This document shows, in pieces, positions 18,764 to 28,384 of a stretch of 64,000 bases of DNA. The stretch is taken from assembly GCA_050251875.1 (NCBI GenBank), contig JBFWMA010000001.1, positions 1 through 64,000 on the forward strand. Reading direction: 5' to 3'. Position 1 is the first letter of the stretch. Each line of letters begins with the position of its first letter. Made by a program: the position numbers and the translations under genes. A model generated the notes under the pieces. The model did no database searches and was not told the origin of the DNA. It saw only the letters and a program-made list of their open reading frames with translations. Source of the stretch: Deferribacterales bacterium (GTDB taxonomy: Bacteria; Chrysiogenota; Deferribacteres; Deferribacterales; Geovibrionaceae).

Positions 18764-19066
18764 ATGGATACAAGTATCATCGGAAAAGTGGTGGATGTTG
18801 TGAGGGAGCGCAAGGCGAACCCCAGCGACAATTCATACACCTGCAAGCTGCTCGAGGGCGGCGCCAACAAAATAATAAAGAAGCTGGGCGAAGAGAACGC
18901 CGAGTTTATAAAGGCTTTTCTGACCGAGGACGACAGGGCGACAGCGGGCGAGGCGGCGGATTATATCTATCACCTCATAGTGGCTCTGGAGATGAGAGGC
19001 GTTAATTTCGAAGAAGTTACGGCTGTTCTGACGGAACGTTTCGGTCATTCCGGCATCAGAAAGTAA
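18764..19066 (+). CDS. hisE: Phosphoribosyl-ATP pyrophosphatase
   Basis: SYT..L, KKLGEE..E, EAAD..YH motifs. Confidence 0.92.
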   Translation: MDTSIIGKVVDVVRERKANPSDNSYTCKLLEGGANKIIKKLGEENAEFIKAFLTEDDRATAGEAADYIYHLIVALEMRGVNFEEVTAVLTERFGHSGIRK

Positions 19067-19071
19067 TTTTT

Positions 19072-19092
19072 CCTCCCTTTATTAAAGGGAGG
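19072..19092. repeat. CCTCCCTTT-ATT-AAAGGGAGG palindromic unit after hisE
   Basis: Perfect 9-bp stem; copy of 18718-18738. Confidence 0.65.
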
Positions 19093-19128
19093 CTTTATGA
19101 AGCGGGGAATTTTTGCAAAAGTAATGGC

Positions 19129-19212
19129 GAGATTGCTACGCCTGCAAACAGGCTCGCAATGACGTAAACGGATGTCATTGCGAGGAAATGTATACATTGA
19201 CGAAGCAATCTC
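19129..19212. repeat. Inverted pair of REP-like palindromic units (GTCATTGCGAG family), copy 2
   Basis: GAGATTGC...CTCGCAATGAC (19129-19163) faces GTCATTGCGAG...CGAAGCAATCTC (19174-19212). Confidence 0.8.
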
Positions 19213-19276
19213 ATAAAATCCATAAGGAGCGTAAGCTCCGGCATCATTTGTGAAAATTTGTAAAATAAATTATAAC

Positions 19277-19305
19277 TTGACTTTCTGGATTTATCTGAAT
19301 AGTAT
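19277..19305 (+). promoter_or_regulatory. Putative sigma70 promoter of yceD-rpmF-plsX
   Basis: TTGACT, 17 nt, TAGTAT. Confidence 0.55.
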
Positions 19306-19348
19306 TGTTGCTCTTTGACCTTACAGGTCTTGTACCACGGAGATGGAT

Positions 19349-19846
19349 ATGAAGCTGTCATTTAAGGAATTGCTTGAAGAGGGCGGCCACTTTGAGGGTG
19401 CCTGCGCTTTTAAAGAGGATGACACAGCGGTTGAGGTAGATAACTACACGGCTGATTTCTTTCCTACCGAAGCGGGACTCTATATGGATTTATCGTTCAG
19501 CTACAGCTATTCTGCGCCCTGTGCCAGATGTCTCGAACCGGTGAAAAGCTGGGGAGAGAATAAAGCCGGGATTCAGCTCATAGCCGCTCTGCCGGACGGA
19601 ATGACGGAAGAGGTGGAGCTGACAGACGATGATATGGGCGTCTGCTACATAGAGAATGACGAGATAGATCTGGAGGAGATGGTCCGCCAGGAAGTTGTTT
19701 TCTATCTGCCTGTGCGGGTGATTTGTTCTGACGACTGCAAGGGACTGTGTCCCGCATGCGGAGCGGATCTGAATCAGGGCCCGTGTAAATGCGCAATCGA
19801 GGCTGACCCGAGATGGTCGGCACTGAATAAACTAAAGAACAACTAG
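19349..19846 (+). CDS. yceD: DUF177/YceD 23S rRNA accumulation protein
   Basis: C.RCL, C..DCKGLCP.CG.DLN..C.C, DPRW..L; upstream of rpmF; start 19349 or 19343. Confidence 0.9.
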   Translation: MKLSFKELLEEGGHFEGACAFKEDDTAVEVDNYTADFFPTEAGLYMDLSFSYSYSAPCARCLEPVKSWGENKAGIQLIAALPDGMTEEVELTDDDMGVCYIENDEIDLEEMVRQEVVFYLPVRVICSDDCKGLCPACGADLNQGPCKCAIEADPRWSALNKLKNN

Positions 19847-19856
19847 GGAGCTTAAA

Positions 19857-20039
19857 ATGGGTGTACCCAAGGGTAAAACTTCAAGAATGAAAAAAGGCAA
19901 CAGAAGAAGCCATCATCACGCGACAACTATGGCTTACAGCAAATGCTCCAACTGCGGCGAGCTGAAGCTGAACCACAGAGTGTGCCCTTCTTGCGGTTAC
20001 TACAATAAGAAACAGGTAGTGGCGAAAGAAGAGATATAA
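19857..20039 (+). CDS. rpmF: 50S ribosomal protein L32 (zinc-ribbon form)
   Basis: MGVPKGKTS...CSNCG...HRVCPSCGYY. Confidence 0.97.
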   Translation: MGVPKGKTSRMKKGNRRSHHHATTMAYSKCSNCGELKLNHRVCPSCGYYNKKQVVAKEEI

Positions 20040-20040
20040 C

Positions 20041-21060
20041 ATGAAAGTCGTCGTCGATGCCATGGGGGGAGACTACGCCCCTCATGAGATAGTCAAGGGT
20101 TCTGTCGAGGCAGTTAAAGAGTTTAACACTCAGCTTATCCTTGTGGGCGACGAACAGCAGGTCAAGCGTGAGCTTGATCTACTCGGTCCCAAAGCCGGTC
20201 ATAATATCGAAATAGTCCACGCCGAACAGGTTGTCTCCATGGACGATCTGCCTTCGCAGATTATCCGTGCAAAGAGGAATTCCTCTATCCATGAAGGTCT
20301 GCGTCTGGTAAAGCAGGGTGACGGAGCGTCATTCTACAGCGCCGGAAACACTGGCGCCGTCATGGCTGTGGCTAAGATGATCCTCAAAACACTTCCGGGA
20401 ATAGACAGACCCGCCATCGCCGCCGTGATGCCCACCGTTAAAGGGCATACCGTCATGTGCGATGTGGGGGCGAACGTGGACTGCAAGGTGGAGAACTATA
20501 TTCAGTTCGCCATCATGGCAAGCGCATACGCCTCTATCATCATGAGCAAAGAGAAGCCCACTGTCGGGCTTATGTCTGTTGGCGAAGAGGACGTGAAAGG
20601 CAACGAGACCACCAAGACGGTCTTCAAAATGCTCACCGAGCTTTCCAAAGATAATGTCATCAATTTCTATGGAAACGTTGAAGGGAAAGATCTTTTCAGA
20701 GGCACATCAGATGTCATTGTCGTTGACGGTTTCGCCGGAAACGTGGCTCTGAAAGTTTCTGAGTCAGCCGGATGGTACATATCCAAAATGCTGAAAGACG
20801 AAATCCGCTCATCCACCCTGTCCAAGATCGGAGCGCTCTTCATGATTCCCGCTCTGAAACGCATCAAAAAGAAAGCCGACCATTCATCATACGGCGGAGC
20901 GCCTCTTCTGGGCGTGAACGGCGTGTGCATCATCGGACACGGCAGTTCAAACTCCACAGCGGCGAAATACAGCATCAAAATGGCGCATGAGCTGGCTGTG
21001 AAGAAACTGAACGACCAGATAGAAAAAACCATCACTGCTTCCGGCTCCGGAATCAGCTAA
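20041..21060 (+). CDS. plsX: Phosphate acyltransferase
   Basis: VDAMGGDYAP, SAGNTGA, IDRPAI, DVGAN, DGF.GNV.LK, GHGSS. Confidence 0.96.
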   Translation: MKVVVDAMGGDYAPHEIVKGSVEAVKEFNTQLILVGDEQQVKRELDLLGPKAGHNIEIVHAEQVVSMDDLPSQIIRAKRNSSIHEGLRLVKQGDGASFYSAGNTGAVMAVAKMILKTLPGIDRPAIAAVMPTVKGHTVMCDVGANVDCKVENYIQFAIMASAYASIIMSKEKPTVGLMSVGEEDVKGNETTKTVFKMLTELSKDNVINFYGNVEGKDLFRGTSDVIVVDGFAGNVALKVSESAGWYISKMLKDEIRSSTLSKIGALFMIPALKRIKKKADHSSYGGAPLLGVNGVCIIGHGSSNSTAAKYSIKMAHELAVKKLNDQIEKTITASGSGIS

Positions 21061-21223
21061 CCGCAGTTAAACCAGAAAAATTCTTAATGAGACAATCTTG
21101 AGCTTTTACAGAAAATCGTTCATACGCAGTCAGCAGTTGACAAAAAAAGCTGTTTCTGAAACAATGACAGCCGAAAGTTAATCAAGGCAACTATTTAACT
21201 TTTGATGAACTCGATAAGGTGAT

Positions 21224-22207
21224 ATGATGAACATATATTCCAGAATCACAGGCACAGGATCCTATTTTCCTTCCAAAGTAATGACAAATCAAGATTTCGA
21301 AAAATTTTTAGATACATCTGACGAATGGATAACCACCCGCACCGGCATAAAAGAACGCCGTGTGGCAGAGGGCGAGTTTTGCAGCGATCTGGCGACAGGC
21401 GCCGCGAAAAAAGCTATAGAGATGTCCGGAATAGATAAGAACGATCTGGACGGAATCATAGTCGCCACATTCACCCCTGACACCATAATGCCCTCCACCG
21501 CCTGCCGTGTGCAGAGCAATCTGGGCATCAAGAGCAACTGTTTCGCCTTCGACATGGCGGCGGCATGCTCCGGTTTTCTCTATGCGATGAAGAACGCTGA
21601 CGCTCTGATCAGAGCCGGAAGCGCTAAAAATATCCTGGTGATCGGGTCCGAGCATCTGACAGCCTGTATAGACTGGCGTGACAGAGGCACCTGCATACTC
21701 TTCGGTGACGGAGCCGGAGCGGTTGTTCTCTCAGCATCTGACGAGCCTGGCATCAGAAGCATATTCACATATGCTGACGGCGAATACGGCGAACTGCTGA
21801 AGCAGGACAACATCGGAACAAAATATCTGAAAACAATGATAGACGAACCCGCCATAGATCACATGATCCACATGAAGGGCAACGATATATTCAAAATAGC
21901 CGTCCGCGCCATGGCAGACGTGGCTCAGGAAGCCGCAGACGCCGCCGGATTCTCAGCGGACGACATCAACTGGATGATTCCTCACCAGGCGAACCTGCGC
22001 ATCATAGACGCCGCCGCCAAGAGACTGGGTGTTGACAAGGACAAGGTTATCATCAATCTTACAAATTACGGCAACACATCAGCCGCCACAATCCCCACAG
22101 CGCTGGACATGGCTGTGAGAGACGGAAGAATTCAGAAAGGACACAATATTGTCTCTGCCGCTTTCGGCGGGGGGCTTACATGGGCGGGAATGGCGCTCAC
22201 GTTCTGA
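21224..22207 (+). CDS. fabH: Beta-ketoacyl-ACP synthase III
   Basis: DTSDEWI..RTGI.ERR, AACSGF, PHQAN.RII, YGNTSAA. Confidence 0.96.
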   Translation: MMNIYSRITGTGSYFPSKVMTNQDFEKFLDTSDEWITTRTGIKERRVAEGEFCSDLATGAAKKAIEMSGIDKNDLDGIIVATFTPDTIMPSTACRVQSNLGIKSNCFAFDMAAACSGFLYAMKNADALIRAGSAKNILVIGSEHLTACIDWRDRGTCILFGDGAGAVVLSASDEPGIRSIFTYADGEYGELLKQDNIGTKYLKTMIDEPAIDHMIHMKGNDIFKIAVRAMADVAQEAADAAGFSADDINWMIPHQANLRIIDAAAKRLGVDKDKVIINLTNYGNTSAATIPTALDMAVRDGRIQKGHNIVSAAFGGGLTWAGMALTF

Positions 22208-22252
22208 TTTTTATTGCCGGAATTATATTTTAAACCAATGAGGTAATTTTAA

Positions 22253-23167
22253 ATGGGCAAGACTGCTGTTGTATTCCCCGGACAGGGGTCTCAATTTGTC
22301 GGTATGGGCAAAGATTTCTACGATGCCTGTCCCGAGGTAAAAGCTGTTTTCGACAGCGCCGACAAGGCTCTGGGATATTCCCTTACAAAAATAATGTTCG
22401 AAGGCTCCGAAGACGAACTGAAAACCACATATAACACCCAGCCCGCGCTGCTCACCATGAGCTACGGCATATGGCAGGTGGTGAAGGACAAAGTGAAGGC
22501 GGACTGTTTCGCCGGACACTCTCTGGGCGAATATTCCGCTGTTGCCGCCGCAGGCGGTCTCACTTTTGAAGAGGCTGTTGTCGCCGTGCACAACAGAGGC
22601 AAGTTCATGCAGGAAGCCGTGCCGGTTGGCGTTGGCGCTATGGCTGCGGTGATGGGCATAGATGACGAAGCCGTGGTGGAAACATGCAGAGAGGTTTCCG
22701 GAGTGAAGGTAGTGGAGCCCGCTAACTTCAACTGTCCCGGACAGATAGTGGTAGCAGGACACAAAGAGGCTGTTGAGGAATTTTCTGAAAAGATCAAGGC
22801 AAAAGGCGCAAAAAGAGCGATGCTTCTGCCTGTTTCAGCGCCTTTTCACTGTTCTCTGATGAAACCCGCCCGTGACAAGATGGCGGAGTATCTGAAAAAT
22901 AACGTAAGCATAAAAGATCTGAGTGTGCCCGTGTTCAACAACGTTGACGCTAAAGAGGAAACAGCGGCGGCAGACGTTTATGACGCCCTGTGCAGACAGG
23001 TGGACGGAGCTGTTTTGTGGACCACTCTGATAAAAAATATGATAGACTCAGGTGTTGACAGATTTGTAGAGGTGGGCGCCGGACAGGTGCTGACCGGACT
23101 TATCAAAAAAATAGATAAAAACGTGACCGTGGAGAATATCTCCAAGTTCGCGGATATAGCGGGGTAA
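22253..23167 (+). CDS. fabD: Malonyl-CoA:ACP transacylase
   Basis: FPGQGSQ, GHSLGEY, LPVSAPFH. Confidence 0.97.
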   Translation: MGKTAVVFPGQGSQFVGMGKDFYDACPEVKAVFDSADKALGYSLTKIMFEGSEDELKTTYNTQPALLTMSYGIWQVVKDKVKADCFAGHSLGEYSAVAAAGGLTFEEAVVAVHNRGKFMQEAVPVGVGAMAAVMGIDDEAVVETCREVSGVKVVEPANFNCPGQIVVAGHKEAVEEFSEKIKAKGAKRAMLLPVSAPFHCSLMKPARDKMAEYLKNNVSIKDLSVPVFNNVDAKEETAAADVYDALCRQVDGAVLWTTLIKNMIDSGVDRFVEVGAGQVLTGLIKKIDKNVTVENISKFADIAG

Positions 23168-23170
23168 ATA

Positions 23171-23920
23171 ATGCTCGAAGGAAAAACAGCACTTATAACA
23201 GGATCCTCCAGCGGCATAGGCAAAGTGATAGCTCTTAAAATGGCCGCAAAGGGAGCGAAAGTAGCGATCAACTATATCGACATAGCAAACATAAAAGCGG
23301 ACGCCGAAGCCGTGGTTAAAGAGATCAGAGACAACGGCGGAGTGGCAGAGGCTTTTGCCGCTGACGTGTCTAAAGAGGACAGCGTCAACGACATGATAAA
23401 AGCTATTGAGGAAAAACTGGGTTCTGTGGACATTCTGGTGAACAACGCCGGGATCACTCAGGACACACTCATCATGCGCATGAAAGTGGAGCAGTGGGAA
23501 AAAGTTCTGGATGTAAACCTGAAAGGAGCTTTCATCTGCACCAAAGCCGTTCTGAAAGGCATGATGAAAAAACGCTACGGCAAGATAGTGAACATCGCAT
23601 CTGTTGTGGGATTCTCCGGAAACCCCGGACAGGCGAACTATTCAGCCAGCAAGGCAGGTCTGGTCGGTCTGACAAAGACATCAGCACAGGAGCTCGCCAG
23701 CCGTGGAATCAGGGTTAACGCTGTTGCTCCCGGATTCATCCGCACAGCCATGACAGACGTTCTGCCGAAAGAGGTTATCGAGGCTATGCTCGCCAAGATA
23801 TCTCTGGGCACTCTGGGCGAACCGGAAGACGTGGCTCAGGCTGTTATGTTCCTTGCCTCTCCTGAGTCTGACTATGTCACAGGAAACACAATTCACGTCA
23901 ACGGCGGAATGTATATGTAA
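23171..23920 (+). CDS. fabG: 3-oxoacyl-ACP reductase
   Basis: TG.S.GIG, NNAGIT.D, YSASK, VAPGFI; fab operon context. Confidence 0.95.
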   Translation: MLEGKTALITGSSSGIGKVIALKMAAKGAKVAINYIDIANIKADAEAVVKEIRDNGGVAEAFAADVSKEDSVNDMIKAIEEKLGSVDILVNNAGITQDTLIMRMKVEQWEKVLDVNLKGAFICTKAVLKGMMKKRYGKIVNIASVVGFSGNPGQANYSASKAGLVGLTKTSAQELASRGIRVNAVAPGFIRTAMTDVLPKEVIEAMLAKISLGTLGEPEDVAQAVMFLASPESDYVTGNTIHVNGGMYM

Positions 23921-24057
23921 CCGAACCCGTAAAGGGTTAATAATATGTAAAAATACGGATATGATGTTAAAAACTGTAGATTTATGTCCGTTTTAATAGT
24001 AAAAGATTTGCTTGAGTTAGAAAAGCACACTCTTATGAGAAACCAGGAGGACAACCA

Positions 24058-24294
24058 ATGTCAGATATCGCAGCAAAAGTTAAAGAGATTATAGTTGAGC
24101 AGCTTAATGTAGATGCAGAAGCAGTTAAAGATGACGCATCTTTCATCGATGACCTTGACGCTGATTCTCTCGACACAGTAGAGCTTATCATGGCTTTTGA
24201 AGAAGCATTCGACCTTGAAATTCCTGATGAAGAAGCCGAGAAGATCAAAACTGTCGGCGACGCCATCAAACATATCGAAGCAGCTAGCAAATAA
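24058..24294 (+). CDS. acpP: Acyl carrier protein
   Basis: [25 protein letters not shown]. Confidence 0.97.
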   Translation: MSDIAAKVKEIIVEQLNVDAEAVKDDASFIDDLDADSLDTVELIMAFEEAFDLEIPDEEAEKIKTVGDAIKHIEAASK

Positions 24295-24308
24295 GTTTCT
24301 GAATTTTA

Positions 24309-24330
24309 AGGGGGCTTATATGAGCCCCCT
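24309..24330 (+). terminator. Hairpin after acpP
   Basis: AGGGGGCT...AGCCCCCT stem between acpP and fabF. Confidence 0.5.
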
Positions 24331-24354
24331 GACCTTTTCTAAGTGGAGGACTTT

Positions 24355-25602
24355 GTGAGTAAAAGAGTAGTTGTAACAGGCTATGGTCTTATAACACCCC
24401 TGGGCAGCGGAAATGATAAGAACTGGGAAGCACTGATGAACGGCAAAAGCGGTATCAAGCCGATACCCGCTGAAAGACTGAACACGGAAGAGCTCCCTGT
24501 TAAATTTGCGGGACTGGTGGACGACTTCGATCCCGCGGCGTATGTAAACGATCCTAAATCTGTGAAGAGACACGAGCAGTTCGTGGTTTTCGCCATCGCC
24601 GCATCCGCTATAGCAGTGAAAATGTCCGGCCTCGATTTAGAAAAAGTTGATCTCGACAGATGCGGAACACACATCGGTTCCGGTATCGGAGGTTTCGAGG
24701 CTATTGAGAATACTACAAGGGATTTTGACGCTAAAGGCGTTAAGAAGATATCTCCTTTCTTCATCCCTACATCTATCATCAACATGGCTTCCGGCGCTGT
24801 TTCCATTGAATTCAACTTCAAAGGACCCAACTTCAGCGTTGTTACTGCCTGCGCCACAGGAACACACTCCATCGGCGAGGCGGCAAAGGTAATCCAGAGA
24901 GGCGATGCGGATGTTATGCTGGCAGGCGGTACAGAGAGCGCTATAACTGCTCTGGCTATCGGCGGATTTGCCAACATGAAGGCTCTGTCACGCAGAAATG
25001 ACGATCCCGAAAAAGCGTCACGTCCTTTCGATGTTGACCGTGACGGATTCGTTATGGGTGAGGGAAGCGGTATCATGCTTCTGGAATCCTATGAGCACGC
25101 AGTGGCAAGAGGAGCGAAAATTCTCGCTGAGTTCGCCGGATACGGCGCCAGCGCTGACGCATATCACATGACAGCTCCGGACGAGACAGCAGACGGCATC
25201 ACCAGATGTATGAAAGCGGCTCTGAACGATGCCGGAATAAAACCCGGAGACGTTGGCTATATCAACGCCCATGGGACATCAACACCCTACAACGACAAGA
25301 TCGAGACACTGGGTATCAAAAAAGTTTTCGGAGATGACGCTTCCAAAGTGAAGATCAGCTCTACAAAATCTATGACAGGACACCTCTTGGGCGCTGCCGG
25401 ATCAGTTGAGGCGATATACGCGTGCATGGCTCTGGAAAACCAGACTCTGCCCCCTACTATCAACTATACTACACCGGATCCCGAGTGCGATCTTTACTAT
25501 GTGCCCAACAAGCCCGAAAAATGCGATTTTAAATACGCCCTGAGCAACTCGCTCGGTTTCGGCGGAACAAACGGTACACTGATATTTAAAAAATATGAAT
25601 AA
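24355..25602 (+). CDS. fabF: Beta-ketoacyl-ACP synthase II
   Basis: GTG start with GGAGG; RVVVTG, TACATG, NAHGTST, TKSMTGHLLGAAG, NSLGFGGTN. Confidence 0.96.
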   Translation: MSKRVVVTGYGLITPLGSGNDKNWEALMNGKSGIKPIPAERLNTEELPVKFAGLVDDFDPAAYVNDPKSVKRHEQFVVFAIAASAIAVKMSGLDLEKVDLDRCGTHIGSGIGGFEAIENTTRDFDAKGVKKISPFFIPTSIINMASGAVSIEFNFKGPNFSVVTACATGTHSIGEAAKVIQRGDADVMLAGGTESAITALAIGGFANMKALSRRNDDPEKASRPFDVDRDGFVMGEGSGIMLLESYEHAVARGAKILAEFAGYGASADAYHMTAPDETADGITRCMKAALNDAGIKPGDVGYINAHGTSTPYNDKIETLGIKKVFGDDASKVKISSTKSMTGHLLGAAGSVEAIYACMALENQTLPPTINYTTPDPECDLYYVPNKPEKCDFKYALSNSLGFGGTNGTLIFKKYE

Positions 25603-26299
25603 AAAGCTGAGTTCGGATATCGAGACTCTCGAACATAAGCTAGGTTACAGCTTTAGCGACAGATCTGTGGTGTTAGAGGCTCTGACCCACAGATCTTACG
25701 CTCATGAGAAGAAGAACAAAAAAAACTATGAACGTCTCGAATTTTTGGGCGACGCCGTATTACAGCTCATAGTCACCGAGTATCTGCTGGACAGGTACAA
25801 GGACTATGATGAAGGGCTTCTTTCAAAACTTCGGGGATATTTTGTCAGCGAAGGATTCCTGAGCAAGATAGCGACAGAGATGGAGCTCGGGGAACACATC
25901 CTTCTTGGCAAAGGTGAAAAAGCGTCCGGAGGAAAGTATAAAGAATCGCTCCTCTGCGACATTTTCGAATCTGTTGTGGCGGCCATCTATCTGGACGGCG
26001 GCTATGACGATGCCAGACAGATCATCATCAATCACTTCGGCACAAAGATAGACGAGGATATCTCCAACAGTACCTTTGTGGACTCCAAAAGCGAGCTTCA
26101 GAAGATTACTCAGCGCCAGTTCGGCTCTCTGCCGGAATATACTGTCATCAGCGAGTCCGGTCCGGAACACGACAAAATATTCAGAGTCCGTGTTCATGTG
26201 GAAGGACTGGTTACAGAGACAGGCGTGGGCAAAACCAAGAAGAACGCCGAAAAGGACGCCGCCTCCAAGGCGCTGAAGACACTGGGTAATGACTTCTAA
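25595..26299 (+). CDS. rnc: Ribonuclease III
   Basis: ALTHRS, ERLEFLGDAVL, C-terminal dsRBD (GPEHDK.F, KK.AE..AA). Confidence 0.97.
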   Translation: MNKKLSSDIETLEHKLGYSFSDRSVVLEALTHRSYAHEKKNKKNYERLEFLGDAVLQLIVTEYLLDRYKDYDEGLLSKLRGYFVSEGFLSKIATEMELGEHILLGKGEKASGGKYKESLLCDIFESVVAAIYLDGGYDDARQIIINHFGTKIDEDISNSTFVDSKSELQKITQRQFGSLPEYTVISESGPEHDKIFRVRVHVEGLVTETGVGKTKKNAEKDAASKALKTLGNDF

Positions 26300-27320
26300 T
26301 ATCCTTCCCGTTTTCATATCTTTTTCCGGATGCAGACAGAGATGCGTCTATTGCAACCAGAACAGTATCACAGGTCAGCGCCCGGGAGAGATTATCTCTT
26401 CCGCAGAGAATCAGATCAGAAAATATCTGGAAATGTCAACTAACTGGGATGAGATCGCCTTTTACGGCGGAAGTTTCACCTGCCTCAGCCCTGAAATCAG
26501 AAAAAAACTGTATGATATGGCGGATAACGCCGGAATAAAGAGCAAAAGATTTTCTACCAGCCCGGACTGCGTTAATGATGACGTGATGCGTGAGGCGGAG
26601 GAGAGAGGCGTTCTGACGGTGGAGATCGGCGTTCAGTCGCTGGATGATGAGGTTCTGAAGGCGAACAACAGACCATGTGACGCACATGATACAATCGAGT
26701 CTGTGAAAACCGCAAAAAAGTATATCAGAAAGGTAGCCTGTCAGATAATGACTGGGATGTATAAAGAGAATTTCAGAAGTTTTCAGGATACAGTCGATAA
26801 GATAATAGAGCTGACACCTGAATATGTGCGCATATACCCATGTGTTGTTCTGCGTGATACGGAGCTGAACAGACTCTATGAGTCGGGGGAATACGTTCCT
26901 CTTCCTCTGGAGGAATCCCTCGCCAGAAGCGCCTATGGGCTGATACTGCTGGAGGCGGCGGGGATAGATGTCATCAGGATAGGGCTTCAGGACGCAGATG
27001 ACCTGAAAAGCGCTATCACTGCCGGGGCATATCATCCGGCGGCGGGAGACATGGCGAAGACGATAGCGTTCGCCGTCTATTACGGGATGGGACACAGCAT
27101 AGAGACGGACAGCAGATATATGAATGTCGCCCTCGGATACGGGGGATATAATAAAGAACACAGAGACGGCAAAGTGATAATTAAAGAGGGCGCTGTGCCT
27201 TCGCTCCGTTCTGTGTGCGAAAAGATAGCGGAGTACAGAGATGAGGATTATAAGCGGTATATACAAAGGGAGACAGCTCGCCACGCCCAAAGACTTGTCA
27301 GTCAGACCGACAACGGATAA
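26289..27320 (+). CDS. Radical SAM protein (Elp3/YhcC-like)
   Basis: PVFI...GCRQRCVYCNQ, IAFYGGSFT, EIGVQS, RIYP..V; follows rnc. Confidence 0.85.
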   Translation: MTSNILPVFISFSGCRQRCVYCNQNSITGQRPGEIISSAENQIRKYLEMSTNWDEIAFYGGSFTCLSPEIRKKLYDMADNAGIKSKRFSTSPDCVNDDVMREAEERGVLTVEIGVQSLDDEVLKANNRPCDAHDTIESVKTAKKYIRKVACQIMTGMYKENFRSFQDTVDKIIELTPEYVRIYPCVVLRDTELNRLYESGEYVPLPLEESLARSAYGLILLEAAGIDVIRIGLQDADDLKSAITAGAYHPAAGDMAKTIAFAVYYGMGHSIETDSRYMNVALGYGGYNKEHRDGKVIIKEGAVPSLRSVCEKIAEYRDEDYKRYIQRETARHAQRLVSQTDNG

Positions 27321-27774
27321 GGTGCGCAGCGCAGTCTTTTCCGTTCTGTTTGATTCGGTGGACGGAGCGGACGTTCTGGATCTGTTCTGCGGAACAGGGT
27401 CATACGGACTGGAGGCTCTCAGCAGAGGCGCTAAATCCGCAGTGTTCGTGGATACTGACACTGCTTATATACAGAAAAACCTGAAAGGACTGGAGGAGTT
27501 CGCCACGGATGTGGTGAAGGGCGATATATTCAAAGTTCTGCCGCAGATAAACCGCCGGTTCGACATTATCTTTATCGACCCTCCATACGCAAAATATACT
27601 CCGGACGAGATTCTGGCGCTGTTGAAAGACAGGGAAATTCTTGCAAACAATGGTGTTATAGTATATGAAGAAAGTATTAGAACAGAGTTTAAAATCTCGG
27701 ACAGCCACTGGTCCTTAGACAGTGAAAAACGTTACGGCGACACTGTTATCAGATATTTGTCCGCAAACGGCTAA
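27241..27774 (+). CDS. rsmD: 16S rRNA m2G966 methyltransferase
   Basis: MRIISG..KGR, RPTTDKVR, DLFCGTG..GLEALSRGA, DPPY. Confidence 0.94.
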   Translation: MRIISGIYKGRQLATPKDLSVRPTTDKVRSAVFSVLFDSVDGADVLDLFCGTGSYGLEALSRGAKSAVFVDTDTAYIQKNLKGLEEFATDVVKGDIFKVLPQINRRFDIIFIDPPYAKYTPDEILALLKDREILANNGVIVYEESIRTEFKISDSHWSLDSEKRYGDTVIRYLSANG

Positions 27775-27783
27775 AGGTGATCT

Positions 27784-28278
27784 ATGACAGCAGTATATCC
27801 CGGAACATTCGACCCGCTGACAAACGGGCATATGGATATCCTGGAAAGAGCGGTAAAACTCTTCGGCGATGTGATTCTCGCCGTTTCTGAAAATAAAAAG
27901 AAAAACACGGCGTTCACTCTGGAAGAGCGGATAGCTATGGCAAAAGAGGCGACAAAAGGCATGCCCACGGTGAGGGTTCAGCCGTTCTCGTGTCTTCTGG
28001 TGCATTTTCTGAAAAAGCATAAGGCAACGGCCGTTGTCAGGGGGCTCAGAGCGGTGAGCGACTTTGAATTCGAGTTTCAGCTCGCCCTGATGAACCGCAA
28101 CATGGATCGTGAGTGTGAAAGCGTTTTTCTGATGCCGAACGAAAAATTCATCTTTTTAAGCTCCAGCACGATCAGGGAGGTCGCCCTCCACGGTGGCGAT
28201 GTTGCCCAGTTTGTTCCCGAATGCGTTAATCACATGATAATAAAAAAATTCGGAGCTCCTGCCTCAGGGTGTAAATAA
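27784..28278 (+). CDS. coaD: Phosphopantetheine adenylyltransferase
   Basis: YPGTFDPLTNGH, RGLRAVSDFE.E, SSS..RE. Confidence 0.97.
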   Translation: MTAVYPGTFDPLTNGHMDILERAVKLFGDVILAVSENKKKNTAFTLEERIAMAKEATKGMPTVRVQPFSCLLVHFLKKHKATAVVRGLRAVSDFEFEFQLALMNRNMDRECESVFLMPNEKFIFLSSSTIREVALHGGDVAQFVPECVNHMIIKKFGAPASGCK

Positions 28279-28384
28279 GCCTTAATTCGTTGATTAATCA
28301 GCTATAAAATGCTATTATCAGGTGTCGGGTCATGCTGAACCTGAAAGGTGTGCCCAGTATTACGACATATCCCGGGAGTTGCAC

